This document shows positions 27,806-40,200 of a DNA stretch of 64,000 bases, one piece after another. The notes under the pieces were generated by a model. It had not been told where the DNA came from and did not search any database. It was given only the letters and a program-made list of their open reading frames with translations. A program made the position numbers and the translations under genes. Each line of letters opens with the position of its first letter. Positions within the stretch are counted from its first letter, which is position 1. The DNA is taken from contig JAQGDQ010000036.1 in the NCBI GenBank assembly GCA_030141605.1, forward strand, positions 124,001 through 188,000. The letters are read 5' to 3'. This DNA is from Tubiluchus corallicola (lineage: Eukaryota > Animalia > Priapulida).

Positions 27806-30800
27806 CTGAAACGAAAATAACGAAAATTACTCAGCTACTAATTACAATTTTTTATAAATTCATAGAGGTGCAAGTATATACCATACTCATACAATAACAT
27901 AATACTAAAATTGTACATTGCTTTGTTTAGTGAGTACTAAGTATACATAAAGTAATTCAGAAGAACAGTTTAATCAATCAAAAATACTAAATGATGAAGC
28001 AGAAAAGAGTTCTGGAAAAAGTTCTTAAAATTTGAATGTTCATATATTATTATGCAAAGACGCCAGCTTTTATTCAGCGATTATCGAGTACATTTGTTGA
28101 ATTTTCAATTGTGTATATTATACAGTTCAAGTATAAAACGCAATCACCGGCTAAAACTGTGCATCGACATAAGTCACAATTCCATTTCTATTTCCATAAA
28201 ATAAAAATCATAAATATACATACAAACTCGTGGTAAACATTCTTTTGTTTTGAATGTTTTACGGTGAAAGTAAAAGTGAGGATATTACCTCTGTAACTAC
28301 AGAAAGCCGCATGAAAGTATTTTCTCATGCTCAGGACAGCATATCAAACAAAAACAGCCGCTCAGTTGATGCTACCCGACAGTTATGCGATATTGGCTGC
28401 TGCTTAAACAGGATTTATTTATTTACACATATTATTTGTTTTGACAAACACGTATTGCAAAACAAATCTGGCTGTTTGCAAAACAAGATGCAAAATCCTC
28501 GGTATAGCGGGAACAGATATGTTAATAAAAAATTCATATTGCATAGGCTTACATAAAATAATCTTTAAAAAAAGTTTACAGAAAGATTAACAAAAACTGC
28601 GTTTGAATAAGAATAATAAATGGCACAATTATTAGTAATGGCTCTTCACTATAATTACTGCCGTCATTTTTTATTTAATATGAATCAGTTAGTGATCAGG
28701 AACAGTACTAATTTTCAGTCTCACAATAAAAATCCACTTTTTCTTGTAGATTAGCATCTCCCGAACTACGATTCTGACTGGGTGGCAGGAAGGCGACTAG
28801 GCTGGCGCCAAAACTGCAAAACAGCTTAGCGCGGTCGATTATTTTCTAAAAATGAGTAATCGAAATTGTGTAGTAGACAGTCTTTTGTCAAACTGAACAA
28901 TTGCTGATAATGATTTTGACGGTGGCACTTTGAATGCACGAAACGCCGAGACCAGGAATTGACGCATGCGCACTTTACGCAGCGTGAAAGACGAATGTAA
29001 GCATTATTCTTCCAATCTAGAAAATTAATTAGCAATTTTTTCCGAAACTGCTCCAATATTGAAAGCAACCACATATCAATAAAAACTATGACAGGGGTTG
29101 CGTGACATAAATTTAGTAGATTCGCGTGGAAAGCGACAGTGCCAAACCTCCACAGATTTCACAAGCAATCAACTCACTATAAACGCTCTTAAGGAAATGT
29201 GGTTTAAACACCCGCTGGCAGCCCTTCCTTTTTGTCACTTCAGATTAGCGCACAACTTATCACATTCAAGTCGGTATTGCGAACAGAGAAATCACCACAG
29301 TGATTACGAAAAGAAGAAAAACTTGCCTTTTATAATAAGGCCAAATTGTATTTCTTCCTGGTTTTCCAAACTTAGTGTTTAAAGCGGTAAAATTAATGGC
29401 TGAGAAAAAATGTTAAAATTGTTGCAGTGAGTACAACTTAGATAACGTTACTATAACATCTCCATTTCAAAAAATAAAAGCACTCCAGAAAAAACGTTAG
29501 CGATTATTGCATATTAGTGAGATGATCTATAACATCTTGTAACATTTTATTATGAATCAATTTTTATTACTAGGAGCAATTGACTAGGAGAAAAGTTGGC
29601 TGGCAAAATGTTTATTAGCAAACCAAACCACAAACAAAGTGAAATGTTCATAAAAATAAATTTACGTTAATTATTATAGACAACCGCGAAGTAATAGTGA
29701 AGAGCAAGAACAGAACGCTGCAAAATGCTACATCTTTTTAATAACTACTATGCAATCATTGTCGTTATTGGTTGCAAACCGAACTGGGCCTGTTTATCTT
29801 AGAACAGCTAATGATAAGTGAAAATCCAAACACATCAAAGATGTTGAAAATATATTTCATTCTGCATTTTATTCATTCCTACAAGATAAGTTTGTTTACG
29901 GAACACGACACTGTCATCACTAAATCTTTGCAGTTCGTGCACAACTTTAAAATGCGCGAGTGCCTAGAAATCGCTTTATCTGCATAATTCAAACCAAAAA
30001 TAACAAAAGAGAAATGCAGAAACACAATCCGCGAAAGATTTCAGATAACGCAAACAAATCACTTACGATATTTTCATCAGTCTGCATAATAATTACCATA
30101 ATTATTGACAAAGCTTTTTTACTTGTTTAAATAGAACACAAACAGCAATATCGCAAAATCGTACAAATTTAATTCACAACATGAATAACGCAGGCTAAAA
30201 ACAAATCTTTATACGTTAGGCCAGAAAAGTATTCAGTCACATATGTTGTGCTATGGAAAATACGCCGCCATAGCTTGGCAGGAAAGGGCAAATGTTAATC
30301 ATTCACACAATTGGGGGTCCCGGAGATCTGACAAAGTGCCGACGGTGCGCTAACAAGGAGGAACTACCTACATCAATATGGATATGGCTAACAAATTATT
30401 TGACAAACAAATTTCAGACTATTACTCTCAAGTGGCAAACACATAAATCAGTTAAGTAAATACTAGAAAGTGACTTCAGAGGTGTTGCTGTGCTTAACTA
30501 ACTGCTTATTCACAATGTACAGGATTATACCTGTTCAGTATCTTCTTTTTGAAAATGGATAGGACTTTTTGAAAGGTTTAGGAACCCAGCAACTCAGTCT
30601 TAAAGGCAGCATGTTCCATCCAGGGTTGTTTAAAAATAAGTTTAAAACTTAAACTTACTTCAGTGGATTTTATACATGTAAAAGTTTAAAAAACTTAAGG
30701 TTAAGGTTAAGTCAACCTGCATGGTGTACGAGTAAGCAAAAATAAGTTACAAATATATTCACCTGTGTCAAGAAAAGCTACTACATTCACTGCGTGGTAG

Positions 30801-32620
30801 TATATCTACATGCATACTTATGAAAGCTTAAAAAGCCAACACGAAAACTTGTAGAAATTCGTTTCTTATTTGTATACATAGAGCAGTTACAAGTTGTTCA
30901 CCCAAAAAACAGCCTGCTATAAGAATTTTGAGTCGAATTAGACTTGATTATTAAATACTACGTACCAACTACTTCATTAAATTTCTACCATAATTTTCCA
31001 GCACTACATGAAACACATATATGCCTGCTTAGGTGGTCTTTAATTCACGCCGCACTGTTTTTGAGAATTATACGTGACGTTTAACAAAAATCCAATTGAG
31101 CAGAACCAGATGTAACAAACCAATGTTTAAACTACGCTAATTACAAACTGATTATAATAAATAATATTATTTATAAACTAAGTAACGTTCTTCTAGGCAG
31201 CAAAAACTTTTCTGCTTTGTGTCGAGATACAAACATCAGTCATTTTGAAAACAAGATAGTCATCACAGTAACAGTAATGGACCATAAAATCTAACTAAAA
31301 CAAACATTTAACTGCTTAACTCCTCGAAATCTCGGCAGGCTTTTATTTCACTTTGTTGTACTGAAGTAGTGTTTACATCACCTAACTTAAGAACATTCTT
31401 TGCAAAAACAAGCACACCAAAGAGGCTCATCCAGCTATAACACGTGGCTTAAAATTTTGAGAGCATCACACAAAGCATATGTCTCGCCAACTTTTTCTCA
31501 AGCTTTTCTCACAAGGTATCCCATACAGGTAAGAATGGAAGTGTTTGAGCAATTTCAGGAATCAAGAACTTAAATGCAATATGCGAAACGACAGCTGTTA
31601 TAAAAACATACAGCAGGTTTTACACTTGAAAACTACAGTACTCAATTACAATGCCGTTTTGACATGAAAAAAACATTTAATAAGTGGTTAGTGTATTAGA
31701 TACAAGAAAAAATGACGAATGCCAAGTAGTTTTAGAAATTTTCAAATTTCAGTAAAAAATTTGATGATATTGAAAGAAGAAAATCGACTGAAAGAACTGC
31801 ACCGCCCCATCATAAATTTTCGGTAGTTTGCTCACTCTAGCAGGCTCACGAGAGACACGTTAAATCTTTGAAATCCACAGAGCTTACTGTGGCAGAAACT
31901 GTTCATAACTTTTTCAGTTAGTCAAACCAGCACTTTTAATTGCGTAGGTTATGTATGATATTAATTAACGCAAATAACTTTGTAAATCAATTAAACAATT
32001 TTGCAGGAATGCAAATATGAAATTAGTTTAGAATAAGCTTGTTTTATCAAGTACATCTGAAAATGTTCATTATTAAATATATCACTTAATCATCAGAAAC
32101 TTACAAGATTTGTTTTTTATTTATGTCCGTAACAACATGCTTTTGAAGAAGACTGAAATTTCGCTTCAACTTTAAAACTCTTATAAGTTTTTTCATAATT
32201 ATTGTAATGTAACGTTAGAACAGTCGGATTAAGATCGACACTGATACGTCACATATAAAATGCGTATCTTCTCTCAGTCTAACCTTCGCCAAATTTAACA
32301 TAATTGTGATGGCACTGAGTACTTATACCACTAATAATACCAGCTTGAAAAATTACACTCAGCATTTCACTAATACGACGCCATAAAATGCTTCACGTCA
32401 CTTTTCGTTAGAAAGAATTTGACAAGGTATGGCGATAATCCAGCCTTGTAACTAAAATAGAACGAGAAGCATTCTATCGTGCAATAAACAACTTTTAAAA
32501 GTGGGCCTGACGTAATCAAGCATAACTGTTACAATTGTGATATATAAAGATAAGTTGCATTTTTTACTAGTTGCACAATCTACAACTATTATTGCTACTT
32601 TCTGTGGAGAATATACTTAC

Positions 32621-32695
32621 TAGTGTTTTAGGACAAAGAGATATCATATTAACCATGAGCGCTTTCCTCTTTTCATCATCAGCTTGCATTGACAT
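32621..32695 (-). CDS. RECK: RECK exon, 75 bp, CC1 middle (MSMQADDEKRKALMVNMISLCPKTL)
   Basis: Acceptor tttttcgttgcag, donor gtaagt; phase 0-0; CPKTL corresponds to vertebrate CPETM. Confidence 0.85.
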
Positions 32696-33107
32696 CTGCA
32701 ACGAAAAAGTAAATTAGATAAACAACTAAAAAACTGTTTCATTTCGTCATACTTAAAGACACAATGCTAGATTATACTAACACACAGACCTAATAATCAC
32801 TCTGTTTTTGGAATTATTAACTCAACCACATGTTACTAAGATGGCTTCGTTTTCGAAGAGTTACAAAAACGATGTTATAAAAGGTAAAGTCACAAGTAAT
32901 TTGACATAACATAAACATCACGCAGCTAAGTGTTTTAAAGTATTGCCATGAAATCAGTTTAAGAGTTGAGAAATCCTCTTATTTACACTAACAAACTACA
33001 AATTAGAACAGGCACAGCTCATATCAATATGAAACACCATACATTACCACTAAAACAAAAGGTATAAAGGCAAGTTTAATAATAACATTTTAAAAGCGTA
33101 CATTTAA

Positions 33108-33234
33108 TTATGAAGTCATCCCTTCAACACTCTGCTCAGTCTGCTGAGCACAGTCAAGCACGGGTCCATTTTCTATATACAGATTTAGTCTGCTGCTGAG
33201 TGTTGAGACAGGATGGTCTACGGATGATTTATAA
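33108..33234. mobile_element. Small foldback/MITE-like element
   Basis: Imperfect terminal inverted repeats TTATGAAGTCATCC / GGATGATTTATAA plus inner inverted pair TCAACACTC / GAGTGTTGA. Confidence 0.5.
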
Positions 33235-36200
33235 CTGGGTAAACTTTAGCACATGGCATCACTGCGCACGGAAAATTTAGTAGCCGCCTTTGGCAAGTGA
33301 TTATAGCTTCTAATTGTTATGGGCTCATAAACGTTCACTTGTAAACCTGCCTAGCGATTTAATGCTTTTTGTAAGTGCCAAATTGGTGAGTGACAGAATA
33401 AATAATTGCATGGTGCTTGAAACTCAAGATACTAGAATGCAAAAAGGAAGTAGTTTTACGGGGTTTATACAACAGAGATTGTATTTACATGAAATGCTTT
33501 CTCTTTATTTCTCCTAGTAATTTAATTTAGCTGCTTTGCAGTTTATTTCAGCATTTTAAAAGTGCTATCACGAATAAAACGTTACGGTAAAAACACTAAT
33601 ACATCGGTACTCCTAAAAATGCAGGTACTAAAAATACACAGTATACAAAATATAAAATAAGTCACTCGTCAAAAATCTGTCAGAATAAGTCATTGAGTTT
33701 CTTAGTAAACAGAGGTGTTTCATTCATTTGGCAAAGAATTCATAAAATTATTCTATGTGAGCACAAAAATTATCTTCTTGAAAGACAGAACGGATTACTA
33801 ACGAAAAATGTGAAAAAAATGATGTTAGGAAAAGTCCTTAGTTGATAAGGACTCTTCGTCTGTTAAGGTGATAAATGTTAGCCAACTTAGCCGATTTAAC
33901 AACACGGTTAGTCTTTTCAAAATACACCAAGGATCAGAAACAAATTACTCGAATGTTAGAAAGGAATTCAAACTTTGGTGATCTACTCCTGGTCGCTTTC
34001 ACTTGAGTGCTTATTATAGCTCAACACCAGATTTCTAGCAGCTAAAACATTAAAGCATACAGCTTAAAAAATAATGAAGAATAAAACTGCAGTATGCTAC
34101 AAAAATTGCGTAATGCCCTGTAATTGAGTAAGGCCATAAACCAGTTTGAAATTTTAGAAAAATAGCTCAGTTTCGAAATATGGAGTACCGTATGACGGGA
34201 GATGTTGTGTTACTACTAATAACGCTGATTTCGAGTGTGGAAAGAGTTAATGTTTTCCTGTATACATTACTTGCCATTACTCCATAATCAAGTGCTGTAA
34301 GTATAAATAACTTTGAAGCAGGTAGCATAAATAATTACACTGAAAACAAATAAATCGGCAACCGGAAACTTTTTAGACTTTTAACATCAAAAAACATTAA
34401 GGAAACAGATGGTTGAGCCTACATGTATGCATGCAACAGCTTAAATTAATGCAGGGTGAGCAACGATAAATTACTCGAGAATGACGCAACTTGATAATCA
34501 AACAAAACCCCTAAAGAGAGCAAGAAAAAAGCTCTAAGATACAAGAGCTGCAGTTTTTTTCACAAAACTCTCTATCTTATACGATCGCTTTATTTTTTAA
34601 AAAAGCTATCTACCTAAACAAGAGTACTACATCTTGAATTTAAAATAAACGAAAGTGTGCATGTGCAATTGTACATGCACGTGATAACTTCAGACCTTTA
34701 AAATAGCTTGACTTCTCCTTTAACTGACACATCTTTTTGTTTGCAAAATACTAGCAAGTCTACGATAGACCGACCCGGCGACTTTACATAATGGATACTG
34801 ATGCTGTGTTAAATGCGCGCTTATTGTTTTAATACACGCTGCTGAGAGCAACACTGCACTTGTAACATTGGTCTTATTTAAAACCACCTTTACAATAATT
34901 CGCACACAACGATTTTGCTGTAATAAATATCACTTTGACAATCTTGCCATTGGGTGCAAAAGCTCAGCAGGTAGAACAACACCTTTGCGAACATTCTAAA
35001 CTCATCTTTCATGTCAACGCATCTGTCACTAGATGAAAAATGACAAGTAAATTATCAGTATCACAGCATGCATACATAATTAATAAAACCATTGATATTG
35101 AGTTAACAATATGAAAAACTGCTACCATCATTACGTAGTAAGCATTTGTATCAAGGGAAAATGGCTGCAGTTGAAATGTATTAGATCTGCCTGCAATTAA
35201 TATGATATAAATATTCATATTCACCTCAACTACTTTATTATACGTACTATTTTGTCATAAACTAGAATATTTTTACGAATGTCTCTTCAGTACTGTGCAG
35301 AGCTGCTATACTAACAACTAATTGCTATCATACAACACACAACAACCAAGCAATCAAACCTGAAACATATTGCGATAAATGTCTATGTTCTGATTGATTT
35401 TGTACTATTGCAAATACTAGCCTATAATGTTTTATCTACTAACTACTTTCTCTACCAAACTTGAGCTATTTTCTGCAAAACCCACTTTACACTTATTTTC
35501 TCTTGGATTTAACGAGAGTGACGTCTGATTTACAAGGTTCCAGCTCTGGTTCCAGGTTGATTATTCCTCAAAATTGAAGGGGAAAATTATACGAGCAGGA
35601 ATGAAAGCGGATCTCACATCTGGAAGACGTGGTGCTCGCCTAAGGGCTTAAGAATGCCTCACCGCCGACTTTGATGGAACATGGGTTTGTTTTCCACATA
35701 ATTTGTTAAACATGCAAGCAAATGTGCAAATGCAACGATAACACACACGTGTGAATGTTATGCGTAAGCATTTGTGCACTCTGAACGCGTATATATACAT
35801 GTACATAATATCTGATAAAATTACGTATAGGTATGTAATACACACATTCGTTAATTTTATAAATAATAATGACCCATGGATACTGGCTTTACTGTTTTAA
35901 AACTTGATTTAAAGGACTTTCCGTGATATTCTGTAATGCCGTTGCCGTTATTAGTCGTTATGCCAAGCACTTCAGGTATAATTACTGATTAGTGCGAGAT
36001 TAACTAATTATCAGTCAGATTAATTTACGTTCAACATCATCCTGGTGACCTAAGCATTTTATGGTACCACAAGTTGTTGTCTTGATTTTTCACTTAAATC
36101 TATACTTTCTGGGATAACAGACTTAGGATAATTGCAATGTGCATTACAATCATGTTTCACAGCGTTTTCCGCCACCATAGAAATGAAATACGGTGCAATG

Positions 36201-37156
36201 CTAATTGAGGGCAAAACCTGGGGTAAATGCACTAGTATAATGAAAGAGTAAAATTACTGTATTCAACAAATTCCCGCTGTTCGTTTACTTCAATGCAAAA
36301 CATTTATAGAATTTCTTGTTTATGAAAGAATGAATAAATCTATGTTACCACTGGTTACACAATACCCGGCTAATGCACCAGGCACGTTTAAAGCCTAATG
36401 CAGTCTCTGAATAATACTGTCCATTAGGCCGTTTTTGTGTAGGTTTACTCCTTTCTACCCGTGGTCACAATGCGAGTTTTCTTTGAACACATATTACTAT
36501 TGGAAATCGATCATCCAGCTGAGCAGGCAATTCTCTCATACCAGGTGAAATACGACAGGTGAAAGACGACCAAGTATGTAACAATCATATCATAATCAAT
36601 AAAATTAATTATTAATTTATTTACCTAAACGTTAACCACAGGCGCATTGTTACAGGTTACCTGGCTTCACCTTCAATGTCATGATAAAAATTTAATCTTC
36701 CTTTATACACAATACTGACAATAGACTCACAGTTGCGTGGCTCTCGTACGTCTAAATGCACAAATTGTAAAAGTGCATATTAAATGGTACGTTATAACAA
36801 ACAAATTACAGAATTTACACAGTAGCTCTCACAGCCAACTAACCTATTCTGTGAACGACGAGATTTCTTTGCATGAGACTTACTTTTGGTGGGTAGCTTA
36901 AAGTCTTGTAGCAAAGTATTATTATTAAATATAGCAAGTGAATAAGCAGTCGAGTATTACAACACAATACTTTTAAACTGCAAAAAAGAGCGTCACAAAA
37001 GAAAGTTAACGGAGGTAATGTATAATTGGTCCGTGCAGAAAAAGTTAAGCTTTGAAACAGCAACGTGTAACTGTTACATCGCATCTACATCTTCATTAAA
37101 ATTATGCTTTTCTGTGTCGGCACTGCAAAACGTAGGGTTAGATTTCCAGCGTACTC

Positions 37157-37206
37157 TGGCAGTGGTACTTAGTGGCTGCAAACTAAGCATCAGCTATATC
37201 GCTGCC
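37157..37206 (+). ncRNA. Candidate pre-miRNA-like hairpin with miR-34-family seed
   Basis: 5' arm UGGCAGUGGUACUUAGUGGCUGC; GGCAGUGGUA pairs with UAUCGCUGCC (10 bp, two GU), with further apical pairing; basal stem poor. Confidence 0.25.
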
Positions 37207-40200
37207 CACAAACCCCAACATCCGCACATTACGAATGTCAAAAGTGCGTGGTCCGTCTAGTGTCTCATATTCAGTTGTCTATAGCTGTCGAACACTAAAC
37301 AATGTTGAAGTGAAGTTCTCTTAAAACTATCGCCTTACCGTGTTTGTTTTACTAAGCGACAGCTTCAATCTCGTATTTATTCCGCGGATTCCGATGTTTG
37401 TTATTAAAGCGATATATAGAAGCAAGACCATACGCGCACACCAAAGCTGACAGTCTAGTCAGACAAATGACGCCTGTCAAATGGGGTTACTAAATGTTCT
37501 TTGTCACCAGAAGATAAAGTAGGTCTAATGTACGCTACAAATGGGAACGTACAAGCATATCTACAAAAATTGCTGCAGCAGCGTCCTAAAGATAATGGTT
37601 GATTTCCACTAACTTTATGAAGCTGCCAAACTCTGCTGCACCAGACTGTATGCATGTAGCATAGCCCATTGCATATGTTCATTAATTTCCTATCATACCC
37701 TAGCAAGGTGTATAAAGTCATAAACATTTTAGCGAGAACAGGCAATGTTATATCTATCTTGCACGGTTTAACATTTGACATGTGTCAACGCTCGTACCGC
37801 GCTAATCTCCGCTCACTGTGTGAAAGTTCACCTTCATTTACGCTTATCAGGTAGCTAATCAAACAAAAGAAAACCAATATTATATTATTAAAAGCTCTTG
37901 TGTTAAGTTGGCAAACACGCAAGTTACTGTAGTAGGTCTACATTCTCTTTCCATGGCATACAAGGAAAAAATGTTATCACATGTATCTTTCTACCGATTT
38001 TCAGACACGGCAGACCACAATTGAATTCTTGGTGATTTTAATAAGTAGAATTACGATAAACTAATGCATTACTAAAAGCAGGCAGTCATATTATAAACAT
38101 TTACACTTATCGAATGTGCAGCAGTTATAAGACGCGTGATACCACACCATTGACGCTGGTTCGCCATGTACTGGTAGCACACAGTGCTATTTTAATGCTA
38201 GCAATGGCATAACTAAAGATACAAAAACTAATTAACTACGTACACGTTCTAATGGTACACACACTACTCCCGCCATGTGAGAGTTCCAGCCGCTAATGAA
38301 TATTACCCTGTCGTTTTTATTATGCAATGCTGTCAACAAAATAACATTTAAGCTATTTGTCTGCGATACGCCTACATAATTATCAATTTGCTGTAATTAA
38401 TAAGCAGTTGATGCACCTTTTCAATGCTCTTTGCAAGTTTTTTTTGTAACTGAAGTAAGCAAAGCAATTTACAAAGTTCGAGATGAGCTGTTCTTATAAT
38501 TTATCATATGCTATATTACTCAACTGATTCAACTTACGCAAATCACCAATGAAGGGGTGTAGTACATACATTTCCTTTCACGCGTAATAACCATCATTAA
38601 CCTGAAAATAATGCTTCTTTGCAAGCAAACAATGTGAGCAATAAATTTCCATCAGTAAAAATTACTATAATAAACCCAAAGTAACGATCAATTCAATTTT
38701 CTTAAGATGTACGACATTGTTAGTGAAATTAACTAGCAAAAAACTTTACAATTCGATAAATGAGTCTGGGAAAAACGCCGTCAGAAAATAGAGGCTTCAG
38801 TTCGAATAGCCAGAGTAACTTTAAATATCTTACTGAATTACATACATTACAAATATCCACTGCAGTTGATGATCAAGCATTATGCACTGAGTACATTTTC
38901 TATATATAGAAGAGACGAATAAAAAAACAAGTTATTTTGTTTTAACGAAATAAATTTGACTAAACGATTTACTTTCAACGGAAGATAAAAAAAACGATCT
39001 AATCGTAGGCAACAGTGCGCTTAATTAAAGAGTCATTCAGATTCAAGTAGCAAGTAAAATCTGAACATTTTTACCCGATCACCATTTCAATGACGACTCG
39101 TTTATCTTTTCAAACAGGTACAGCAGGTGAAAATACCTGAGCCTATTAAAATCAGTTTATTCGTTCATTAACGAAATCGACAACAAGACAGGGCATGGAA
39201 AGAACACTGCATGCTTCAGTTCGACTCAAAAACGAACTTTTCTTGGTTCCTGATTTAAATCAAGCAGACAAAATTGCACATGAAAAAGCACTATACAAGT
39301 TTATTTTTACATTGCGTACACGTAGTAAACAAAGTATTGTGATAGGTTTTTTTTGGCGTATTATTACGTCCCATGTAAGAATCATTACCAAGTGGAGCCC
39401 AGAATCAGTAAACCTGCCGAATGCACAAAAGGGTCTAAACGCGTCGCACAGCCAAAAATTTTCATTTGCATCTTAAAACGAGGTTATAGACCTATATTGG
39501 CCTGGCTTATTAGCAGAAACGTATACATTTATCTTTTTAATTTCCTTTCAATTAAGCACAAATATCTTAATTTTTTTCTAAACTGCCACAACACTTTGCG
39601 CCAATGGAGGTGCTTAGCCTTAAACATAATAATTCGATCCCAAATTGATCACTAGATAACACGGACCACTTCTAGTTGCCTTCAAAAACGGCATTAAGGT
39701 TATGATGCTGTAGCTTCCGATAACTTTTTGGCATCTTTGGCGAAGTTGTAAAGTGCCACTGGTTTTTGCTAGCTGGTAAAAATTTACAACTAGGAAAAAT
39801 TTACGTTGGTAACTTGGCATACTTTAAACCAAGCTTACATGTCCGACTATTTACTCTCTCGTGAGACTTTATACTTGCATAGTAGCTTATCTAACCACAC
39901 CATATCAATGATATCAGAACTCAACAAATGTTTACACACAGTTAATGCATTGCTGCTTCTTGGTTGACATGATGAAATAGTGTTTGGGGCATATTGACAG
40001 CCGGTGTCGCAGTTAATGAAAATCGCATTCACAAAACAAACCGCAAAACAGTAACCGATTTTTTTATTTTTCAATTCTTGTTCTGTTACCAATTAGAGAC
40101 ACGAGGTATATAAATGGCCCAGATAAGGTAAATCGAACACTGAACGACCTAATTACAGGATAAAAATGGCAGCAACACGCCGAACGACAGAGGGAAAACT

